Shown here: one piece after another, positions 22,556 to 32,000 of the stretch
Layout of the letters: every line of letters begins with the position of its first letter
Numbering within the stretch: the stretch's first letter is position 1
Assembly: GCF_000400465.1 (NCBI RefSeq)
Contig: NW_008806277.1
Span: 240,001-272,000, forward strand
Reading direction: 5' to 3'
From: Wallemia ichthyophaga EXF-994
Lineage: Eukaryota > Fungi > Basidiomycota
Length of the DNA: 32,000 nucleotides
Position numbers and translations under genes: made by a program
The notes under the pieces: generated by a model
The model's database searches: none
What the model saw: only the letters and a program-made list of their open reading frames with translations
What the model was told of the DNA's origin: nothing

Positions 22556-24151
22556 TGGATTCCTCAAGAGAAAGGTGTATACACGCTGCAGCACACAAAT
22601 CTAAGCGTTTGAGAGGAGATGCGGCATAATGTTAATAACGAGTCAGATTAAAACCATATTGATGCCTTTTTCTTGTCGTTATATTGGCTGTAGAAGTACC
22701 AAAACTGATATATTTAAAGCAACAATTACGTCCTTCTACACATCTTATGCTGCTGTCTAGTGTTGTGTTCACGTGCGCCTATAGTGATATCTGGATGTTA
22801 TTTCCATCGCCATACATACTGTCGAAACTGTATAAGTTTGGAAATTGACAATTTTGTTGAAAATTTTTGTATTTAGTGTCTCGATTTTTATAGTCTTACT
22901 TTTGACTTTCAAATAAGCAAGCTCTTTCACGATAAATCGGACAATCTAGTTCTCAACGAAATTACTAACGCGTCTGCGTGGTTGCTCGTTCTGCGCGTTC
23001 TGCGCGTTTCGCTCTCCTCTTTACGACACCATGTACATTTCATGTATACTAGTCCCAGCTCTGAGTTACTCCTAACATAGGCTCAACCTCCCTCAACTGG
23101 ATTGTTTGCCTTCTCGAACAATGTCTTCCCGCTCGTTGAATCAACTGCTCCACTTGCCTTTGTTGTCTTCTCTGTCCTCTTCTATTTCCCTTTATTGTCT
23201 ACTGGCTGAACACAATCCTCAATTGATGTTGTCCCCTGCTTCACCTCGCTGCGCGCGTCCTATATCTCAATGCAACCGCGTCACGCAACGAACACAATCG
23301 AATGGAGATGGCAATCCAATTATCAAGTTGGGAGCCATCCCATATACTTTTTTTCTGCCATGACGTAGCTGAATTTCATAGAAAACGACTGTATTGTGCG
23401 AAGTAAAAAAATCCCAAATGATGTCGGCATAATTATTGGCAAGAATAAACTGAATGACTTCTTTTTTAAGCCATCATTCATTTGCACCTTGTAAGCAAAC
23501 AGTCTTTCGGAGATAATGACAGTTAGGAAATGCACTACAGGGATTTTTCAGGGTGCTTGTATCGTATCTGAGAATGGGTACAATGATATAGTCGCTCAAG
23601 CTCAAGTCTATTGGAGGGAGTAACAAAATTGATAGCCATAGAGCAACGGTAGCATATTTAAAAACAGGGTTTTTGGATTCAGTTGTTCAGCTCTTGCGGG
23701 TGTATTAGGAAATATCAAGGATAGAACCTTCTAATAGAATACACTAAGAGTATGAGTAAAGCTAGGCTCCATACAACGCCAAGCAAAAGCCCAGGACTGT
23801 TCTCAAAGTTAACATTGATCTTAATGTTGTTACTACTTTGAAGGTATGAATTGCGACTTTTACTGAATTTACCGAAAGCAAATCTTAATTCACGAATCGC
23901 ATTATTTTCCCAAAAACTGTGACCATGTCCATGGTTTAAGTCATGACTGCCGAGTTCGGGGACTCAGCTCGAGCGAGTGTGGAGTTAAAATAAATTCAAC
24001 CGTAAGCGGTTGCGTTTGAAAGCATTCATCACGATATATTTCCAGATATTATGATACTTAGTGCCTACGTTTGCTGCCATGTGCTTTTGGGCTCTAGCGG
24101 GACGCTAGCTAGAGGTAACGGGGTATGCGTATATAACTACAGTACTTTAGC

Positions 24152-24600
24152 TTGTGTGCTGTGCGCTGTTTACATAGCTCGGAGTTAGGGTGGGGTGAGC
24201 TAGGTGAATGTGGAAAGTTCCAAATTAATACGCCAAATAATTCCGCAGGCTGCTATACTCCTCGCAAGCACCCTGATGCCACTGGTTTGAGCTGTTTGTT
24301 GCACAAAGAATTTGCTGGCGATAGCGCTGTTCTTCCTACGAAGGCCGAGTCCACTAAGATGCTCACTGCACTCATCAGACACCTTAGCCAGGTAGGTCAC
24401 TCTGTACTCGATTGGCTGCTTGTACTTGACAACACTATAATGTCAAGGAGTATTCCAGCAAGAAAGTGTCTTGCGGGAAAAAGCAGGAAGTGGTGATCAA
24501 ATATCTTGACTGGGTTCTCTTCATTGTCATTCTCAACGAAGATCACGCTGGTGTTGCTCCCTTCGCTAAGTTTTGTGCCAGCTGTGAGTACTCAAGAGCC
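24152..24600 (+). CDS. Hypothetical spliced ORF, no start codon or family recognised
   Basis: Candidate introns 24204-24248 and 24391-24446 keep a frame open (GCYTPRKHPDATG...IRHLSQ/EYSSKKVSCGKK...FAKFCAS), followed by a GTGAGT donor near 24586. Confidence 0.25.
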
Positions 24601-24783
24601 AAGGGTCCGACCATCTTAATTTCTGTGGATGGTTTGGTGTGTATGGGGCGATGGCAGTGTGGTTGGTGCAGTAAGCACGTGTTATCTTGATTGCTGCGCT
24701 GTCGTGTACCTATATGTCTGCGCGTGTCCTGCCGGCGTGTGCTTTACGTATTATAATTTTGCTGACAACTCATTTTATGAATA

Positions 24784-24871
24784 GGCAGGATGGCCGAGTG
24801 GTCTAAGGCGCACGGTTAAGGCGACAGCATCCGTGTTCGAAAGAGCGAGGGTTCGAATCCCTCTCCTGTCA
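24784..24871 (+). tRNA. tRNA-Leu, anticodon AAG, with a very short (about 8 nt) intron
   Basis: Acceptor stem GGCAGGA/TCCTGTC(A); D arm with TGGCCGAGTGGTCTAAGG (A box); anticodon stem CACGG/CCGTG with loop TT-AAG-G plus insert CGACAGCA; variable arm TTC-GAAA-GAG; T arm GAGGG-TTCGAAT-CCCTC; TTTT terminator at 24876-24879. Confidence 0.95.
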
Positions 24872-26008
24872 TATCTTTTGCTATCTGTGATAGCATTGCA
24901 GGACTCAGATATCGTCATTATTTTGCCGAATGCACTCTCACTATTACTTTGTGTCAGCTGCACTGTTCCCTTGCACTTTACCTCCACGCGGAGGTCTATT
25001 CAAATGGTATGGGTGCGCGGAAGACTGCCAACTTGAGCAATCTAGGTACCAGTTGAGGTGATTGGTGGTGCAAGTAGTTCGGGGGCGGGTTTGTCGTGTA
25101 TAGCGCAGTGAAGTGCTATGTTTTAGTCAAGCTGGATGTGGCAAGTTTTAAGGAGTGTTATTTGGTATCTAAACATATGAATACCCACTTTAATGGCTTC
25201 TACGATTCCAAAGCAGACTTAATCTCCTCATACCCTCAATATTTGAAATTTCGAAATGCACCAGGTGAAGCCAAAGTCGTGATTTCAAAGTTGGGCTGAC
25301 CCCCTCTTTTATATACGCAAAACTAATCTTCCGAGTGCGAAATGAGGCATAATAGCAATATTTTTCCCTGGGGCCAACATTAAGTCCTATAGACGCCATC
25401 CAAAGTAAGACGTTTTACGCGTTTATAGACCCGAATAATTCATATTTTTGGGTAATTATAGTCTCTATAAATTAAAAGACTTTGTTTTTTTTTCGATAAA
25501 GCGCGTGAAGTTCTCCACATTTATCCTATAGCGTGCTCTAGACAGATTTCGGATCATTGCTTCCGATCAGCGTGCAGGGCGCAATCTGGAGCGCCAGGAA
25601 TATAAATCTGGCAAATCTATATTCAATCTATCCAAAGCTACCAACCAAGCCTTTTTATTTCGAGATCATCAGAACACAATCACCCATCTGAGATGAGATG
25701 GATGGTAGTCGAGAAATGCAACTCGGTGGATATTGAACGGTTGGTTAACATTGGGATGTATTTGGAATGCTGAAGATACCAGAGAAATCGACGGTCTTGC
25801 TAAATTGTTCAAATCGTCAATATATGATATCGCTGCATTCCTCTCATTCTCTTGTTCGTTTTCAGGATGAACTGAGCAAATGATCCAATCGTTCAAGCCG
25901 CCCAGAGTACAAGATTCAAGCTCAATTCACCTTGCTACCACCAGTTTTTGGAACGCAGCGATCGATATCTATGCATACACATAATAATACAACAGAAAAA
26001 GCAACATT

Positions 26009-29000
26009 CTAAGAAGTGCAAGTAAGTTTGAAAGCATGATCGAACAAGCCGTACGATCTCAAATGAGGAATGGTGTGCCGTTCTACGGCTACCATTTCTT
26101 CATCGCTGAGTGAATTCTGCGATACTAAGCGAACATCCTTAGTGAGGTTAATAATCTGTAGCAACTTCCCACTTCTCTTCTGCCTCACTTCGATGAATCG
26201 CTCGCAAAACAGTATCAGATATTCACCGTCGACTGCAGCACTATTAACTGTTCCGTTCCATCTCAAAACGTTTGCATTCTTCAGTGGGACGCCCTTTTCG
26301 TTCACGTAGAGACCCATCGAATCGAACACTAGCACGTACTCTCCACTCTTGGTGGTGAAAAGTTCAATCGGTTTCAGCTTCCCTCTGTGAGACATCTCGG
26401 TGATATTGGCGAGGTTCGACTGGTACTGTTTGGCCTGCTGGCGGTCTCTGAATATGTTTGAATTGCTTCCATACAGCCTCGGAAGAACGAGGATGCGTCT
26501 ACTGTCTGTAGGATCTAGTACACGCAACGAGCCCTCATCAACAACTGCGACATGCTTGCTACTCGGGAATGGAAAGAGCACCCTAGCTGTTCCGGTAGTC
26601 TGCAAACCAATTGAAGGCATTGTCTCGCGTATCCACACCTCCCGCTTTGGTTTTTTTACCCTGTTCCTATCCTGATAAGCCTGTGTACGTGTGTTGATAG
26701 GCAAAGGCTCATAAAATTGCACCGTAGATTTATGCAGAGTCTTGTTTGAAACGTAAGTAATGAGCACCTTCTTCCCCACAGAGCTGCCGACTCTGTAGTA
26801 CGTCACCCTTTCACTGGAGCTGCACAAGCGTATTCTCCCAAACTTGCGTCTCGGTCCGTGCGAGCTAGTCGGGCATATCTCCTCGAGATCGTAGCCGTAC
26901 AGCTGCTCATCAACATGCAGAATGAGGAGACTGTATTGCGAAAGCACAGTGACGCCCTCGACGCCGTTCAAACCAATCACCTTCCTGTAGCTGTCCTTGT
27001 CATCTTCAAATCCCATGTACACGCCTTCGGGTGTGGCGAGCGTGACGTACTTCCTCGCTCCCCATTGAAAAATGCTCGCCGAGTTGATGCGGTGCGGACT
27101 TGCCTTGTTGTATTTGTCAGTATTTGCTAGGACCGACTGCTGGAAGATGTTGTCTGTGAGTGTGTGCGAGACCAATAGCTTGTTTGTTTCAACAAAGGCA
27201 CGCCGTATCACAATAGCCTCGCTGATCTGGGAGCCATGTGAGTAAGAACTGTCAGAGATATCACCTATCTCACCCTCGATTTCCACGTTTGTCTCTCTTC
27301 TGGCGTGGAGGCATATAACTTGTACTCCTTCCCATTGCCAATATTCTTCAGTATGAACCCATGTACCTCTCTCTCTGGTTCAGTGTGAGTGAAGAGAATT
27401 CTAGATCCTGGATAAAGTCAGTTAAATCTATCTCTACACGCACTACCACACACCATCGGATCTCCTCTCATCTGCAAGCAAGCAATTTGTGCGGTGTGTG
27501 GGTGATGGATTCTCATTGTCGATGTGGCATACCTCGAGCGGAATCGGCCTCGATGTGAGAGAATATCTGATAGGATCCGTCTTCTTCTTCTGGCCAGGTT
27601 CAGTGATGAGAATGTAGTTATCCAAAATAAACACCTTCTTAGCACGCCATCCATGTAAGTCAGTGGCTGCTCTCTCGCGTTTAAAGAGTAATCCTTCATA
27701 CAAGAGCGTGCGCAGATCGTTTAGCAAGTCAATATCATGCAACTCGCCGAGTTTAAAGTCTAGCGCAGATGCCATCTCCCAAAACTTAACTTTATTATTT
27801 GACTGCTCAATACCAGGCTGTGTAGATTTGGCAATATCTGAAATAGCTCGCGCTGCAATGGGTAGATTCTCCCTATCGCTGTGATCTTCAGGTGTATAGT
27901 CGAGCATTCTATTGAGCAGAAGTGGGTATCGAGGTAGTCTAAAAACAGGTCTTTGTAACAGAGCGATTATATTCTGTCTTTGGGCTTTTGGATGTCTCGA
28001 GCAAGCTTCGCAATGAGCTGCAAATGCTTTGTTCGACTGCATCTCACTCTTTAGTGTGGCTTCTTGAATTGGCCAGTGCTTAATATAAGCTTCGTAGTCG
28101 TCTTGCCAGATGATGCAGGCTCTCAAAATTAGATCAGCAACTGATTCAATTAGAGGGTGCTCTTCATTCTGGCGATCGAAAATCCTCATCAGACCTCGTT
28201 TGTGGTTTGCAACCAAGTTGCTCAGATTGAAGACAGCATCTCTGAGAAACTGCTGGCGACGTTGCTGGGGAATCATGTTTGTGTCTCTGATGGGCGGAAC
28301 AAAGACGTCCTCCAAGAAATGCAGATCATTGTAATACATCTTCTCGGTGCGCATGAACTCAAAGAGAACGCTGAATGTAGTGTCAGTAGGAGGATTCACC
28401 ATACCATTACACTTTCACGCCCACCTCTGTCTGGCTATCTCAGCCTTATCAAAGGCGTGTAAAGTCTCTTGGTTAACGAGATTGTGCCACTCTGACGTCA
28501 CATCCTCCATCTCCGTCTGCCACTTTTTCAAATTGTGATTTTCGACGTACTGTCTCATCCTCTCCTTTTTAACAAAAGTAGACTCGTTTTGCGGGATGCT
28601 GGAGACGGAAGTAGCGGGGGTAGCAGGAGTGATGGGAGTGATTTCAGACGGATTAACAAAGCTCCAATTCGAAGGGCCTGCACTGGGAGTATAAGCTGAG
28701 GATGAGGATTCTGCGGTACTGTCGTGATCGACGTCGTCAGAAGCGAAAGCAAAGGGCTGGGACACTTCTGTCTTGGATATCTCAATCGCCTGTGCCAGAT
28801 CCTGATCCTCCTGCTCGTCGAGCGTAAGTTTGTTGTGCATAGCATCTAGCTCGTCGTCTGTCTGTCTGCTATAGAAGGGCTCAACGCGCGATTCTGTGGA
28901 GAAGACGGAGGATGTTCTAGAGTGGGTGTGAGGTTGCTGGACTGGATGTAGTGATTGATTGTCGGATATCGCTGGTGAGAGTGGAGTAGGCGGCTGCGGT

Positions 29001-29398
29001 CTGAATGATTCGCGCTTGTTGATACGCAGTGGCTGTACGTTGCGCTGCAGGATTGAGTCTGTGTACCTGTCGTTGGTGCTGGTGCTGGCGCTGCCACTAC
29101 TGCTACTGCCATACTGGTTGATGTGACTTATAGAGTGATATTGGTGAGGCCTGGTTGGAACTGGCGGAGGAAGATGAGAGGCGGAGTGTCTGAACGATTT
29201 AGCAGGACGCATTAATCTTCTAGTGCGAGCAGTACCAGCAGTACCAGCAGTGCTGGTTGCGCCATTTGTATCGCCAATCTCTGCGCGGTGATCTACCGCT
29301 TCTTCATACGACGGCGGCTGTCTGTTGCTTTCGACGTCGCTCAGCCGCCTGGAATTATTATCCTGTGGGACTGGAAATGCAATAAACCGGTTATCCAT
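26009..29398 (-). CDS. Rho1-type guanine nucleotide exchange factor, DH-PH-CNH architecture (Rom/Rgf/Tus1-like), multi-exon
   Basis: DH: ARQSVLFEFMRTEKMYYNDL...LLQRPVFRLPRYPLLLNRMLDYTPEDHSD. PH: LLYEGLL, KVFILDNYILIT, RPIPLE. CNH: EYVLVFDSMGLYVNEKG, LILFCERFIEVR. The N-terminus is long and disordered. Confidence 0.88.
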
Positions 29399-29457
29399 CT
29401 CCTGGCTGTTCTGACAATAGATGACTTAAGGGTAGACTGAGTCATTTGAATGTAAAT

Positions 29458-30595
29458 TTAAATTTGTACAGAAACAGAGCTACTCAAGCTACTCCTACTA
29501 ATTGTAAATCCTTGGTTCATCTCCAGCAATCCCCCGTCGACGCAGACGTGTTTTGGCTGATTGCGCTGATTGCGCCCCTCGAATGACACCATGCCCTGAA
29601 CAGCAAAGTACTCTACGACATGCTCATCGTTGTCATAGTGCATATCCACGTGTCTGCCATTATCGTAAGCCGCGTACATGACATCAGTGAGCACATGCGA
29701 AGCTATCTGTCTAGCTTTGTCGTGTTCGCGGTTGTCGAGAAGGTCTCTAACGCGGGAATCACGCGCAGGGCGAACGACGACGACGCGCAGTATGTCATTA
29801 TCTGCCGCGACATGGTTACGCTTTGGCGCAACAACAAAGCCGTCCTCCAATCTGTCGATATGCGTTGCTAGAAGGTAAGTAAAGGGGCCTTCTAGCGAGA
29901 AAGGATGCATTTGAGGGGTGAATGAGCCGTTCTGGTACCTGCTAGCACGCTCAAAGTGGACAGTACCCTCTGTCCAACGCGTACGTACGTCCATGAAGGC
30001 TGTCTTGAATCGCTCGACGGATGTGTCTGCACTGCGTAACTCTTCGCTGCGGTGGAGTAATGCAGCGTGGACGGCTGTAGATACGACCACATGCGCCAGT
30101 CTGCTCGTCTGTTGGTCGACGACTACCTCACTTATGCGCAGTTGTCGGTAATTTTCCGAGTTTTGCACGTGTGCATGCAGCGCGAGCAGCCTATACGCCA
30201 CAGTGTGCCTGTTTAGATGGGAGTGGGAGTGCAGTGAGTGATATAGTGCGTTCGCAGTGCCCAGAGGTACAATAATCAGCTTAATCGTGACTTCTGTGAG
30301 CGCACCTGCACTTGCACTGGAGAGCCCACTGAGCAACTCATGCGTGGTGCTATCGCCTTGTGTTTGCTTAGAAAATATAAACAAACCCACAAACACCCTA
30401 CCCACCTCCCATCAGGCAAATATCGAAATGGCCGCTTCTGTGCGCTAATCCCAAACTCCTGCCAATCACCTCGGCGTGACCAGCGTACTGAGTTCGAATC
30501 ACCTCGCAATCGCTAGATAGCTGTGGTAGCACGTGATTTATGAGATATTCCTCCGCTAATTTATCGCCTGCGTGTGGGTTACACAATACAATCAT
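29458..30595 (-). CDS. Diacylglycerol kinase/sphingosine kinase (DAGKc) family protein with atypical motifs, 1 intron
   Basis: VLCNPHAG, spliced MGGDSTTHELL (intron about 30358-30406), IVPLGTANALYHSL and C-terminal CVDGG. Confidence 0.8.
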
Positions 30596-30612
30596 CGTGA
30601 CAGAGAACAGCC

Positions 30613-31116
30613 ATGTCCTCTGCCAAGGTGAGTGGATTGCAGGAGACGTAAGGCGTAAGGCGCATAGTAAATCTCACACGCCTCTCAGCTTGGACAGGAT
30701 GTGTAAGTCGTTTTCTGACTTGTAGCAGTATTAATCATTACTCGCAGCAATCGCATCCTCTACATCAAGAATCTGCCTTATACAATCACTGGGGAGGATC
30801 TTTACGATTTGTTCGGCAAATACGGTGCTATTCGCCAAATTAGGCTGGGAACCACGAAAGAAACTCGAGGCACTGGTGGGTTGATTAGTAGACGTGAACA
30901 GATACACTCACACAGTCAGCTTACGTCGTGTACGAAGTAGTCAACGACTCGAAGCAGGCATTCGACAATCTCAACGGATTCCACCTCAATGAGCGCTATA
31001 TTGTGGTTATGTATCACCAGCCAGAGAAGCAGGCACAGATTGCAATCAAGCAGGCAGAGTTGGTGAAGCGGGAGGAAGAGCTCGTTGCGTTTAAGCGAGC
31101 CAATGATATTTCGTAG
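30613..31116 (+). CDS. SF3B6: U2 snRNP branch-site protein p14 (SF3B6/SF3b14a), 3 introns
   Basis: Spliced [58 protein letters not shown]...[21 protein letters not shown], a classic p14 RRM. Confidence 0.93.
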
Positions 31117-31262
31117 ATTCACATTTATTGTACTATTAATCCTTACTATCATACACGATTGAGAATTGAAAAATGAAAGCAGACTGGAGATTACGGCAGC
31201 GATATGAGATCTTTGTTAATCGCAGGAGCAATGTTCTCTATCTCAGTAGAGAACCGCACGAG

Positions 31263-31955
31263 TTACTATTTGTAGGTTAGTTGATTCTTCCCCCATAAAC
31301 CAGCTCAAAACTCACTTTGCGGGTAGATTTACGCCTGTTAGTGGTGGAATTTGCCTTGATCGGAGTAGGCTTGTTAGCATCTGACTTTCTTGCTGGTTTA
31401 TTTGAAGTATTCGATTTGATTGCAGCAGCCACTTTGTTTGCACCAGCCACCTTCTTCGTCGCCGCAGCCTTCTTCGCAGCAGGCACCTTATTTGCACCAG
31501 CTGGATCCTTTTTCGCAGCCAATTTACGAGTAGTAGCCGATTTAGTTTTCTTGTCCTGCACCCTGTTAACATCGTTGGAGTGATTAGTGGAGACTATGTT
31601 TCTACCCGAGGCAGTCTTCCCTGTGACGACCTTCTTAGGAACTTGCGTGGAAGTGTGTGTACGTGAGCGTGTCGGTGCCTTCTCGCGCTTTGTCTTAACG
31701 GGCACTTTATCGTCATCAGATTCCTCCGAATCTGAGACAGGGCGCTTTCTAACGCCCGCAGGAGCGAGTTTAACCTTTCCAGTGATACCTGTGAGTGGTT
31801 GTATGAGATGAGGCTATTTATGCACACCAAACCAAGATTTACCGTTTGGTGTAACGAATACCTTGTTATCAATACCCCTCTTAAGGGATTGTGAGATGTG
31901 GTGGGATGTCAACTTGGATTCTGGATCGATGCTGTAGTTGTCCGAGAGAAACCTA
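31263..31955 (-). CDS. HHO1: Linker histone H1 (part of the globular domain plus K/A/T-rich tail); 5' exons lie beyond the window
   Basis: FLSDNY..SHHISQSLKRGIDNKVFVTPNGITGKVKLA matches the H1 winged-helix end (PKG.SG.VKL). The tail is basic with AAKK and AGANKV repeats. Confidence 0.8.
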
Positions 31956-32000
31956 ATCGTGTGTCTGCGTGTCAGCGTCTCTCCCTGACATCATCATCGT

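Noticed and set aside
23031-23226. Cys-rich frame with a single in-frame TGA (23137), suggesting selenocysteine
   Set aside because: No SECIS evidence, Sec machinery is not known in Dikarya, and the Cys/Leu richness is explained by the CT-rich composition.
24540-24614. Short minus-strand ORF ending GCG-TGA, resembling the yeast antizyme +1 frameshift site
   Set aside because: The +1 frame closes after three codons and no antizyme-like ORF2 follows.
26070-28462. Several plus-strand ORFs of 65-101 aa inside the RhoGEF
   Set aside because: Antisense shadows of long DH and CNH exons, with no independent motifs.
31317-31811. Plus-strand ORFs 31317..31583 and 31587..31811
   Set aside because: Antisense shadows of the repetitive histone H1 tail.
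1-32000. Transposons, LTRs, CRISPR arrays, rRNA, spliceosomal snRNAs, telomerase template
   Set aside because: By eye I found no transposase/RT motifs, terminal repeats, spacer arrays or conserved U1/U2/U5/U6/5S signatures. An Rfam scan would be needed to exclude divergent ncRNAs.

Overview
Eukaryotic DNA from a gene-dense, intron-rich fungal genome. Introns are mostly about 36-70 nt with GTRRGT...YAG ends, and intergenic gaps are often 50-180 bp. This architecture suggests a compact basidiomycete such as Wallemia (inference only). About 16 protein-coding genes can be reconstructed by joining the ORF fragments across introns: MPH1/FANCM helicase (3' end runs off the window), a GGA-type VHS-GAT adaptor, RAX1, complex I subunit NDUFA2, mitoribosomal RSM24/mS35, a PCL-type cyclin, RAD57/XRCC3, WDR5/SWD3, VMA5, TMA16, MKT1, ATP synthase subunit e, mitoferrin MRS3/4, a Nit1-type amidase, a DH-PH-CNH RhoGEF, a DAGK/sphingosine-kinase-family protein, SF3B6 (p14) and linker histone H1 (5' end off the window). 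There is also one intron-containing tRNA-Leu(AAG). No mobile element, rRNA or CRISPR array was seen, and I found no clearly novel multi-gene system. The best leads are: a 17-bp head-to-head gene pair; a lipid kinase with both signature motifs altered; a RhoGEF with UIM-like and PPxY motifs; a WDR5 with an altered arginine pocket; a GGA lacking its GAE ear; a stop-interrupted secreted-like frame at 8.3-9.0 kb; and unexplained, apparently spliced segments at 22.6-24.8 kb and 24.9-26.0 kb. Gene names come from remembered family motifs, not database searches, and exon boundaries were worked out by hand.
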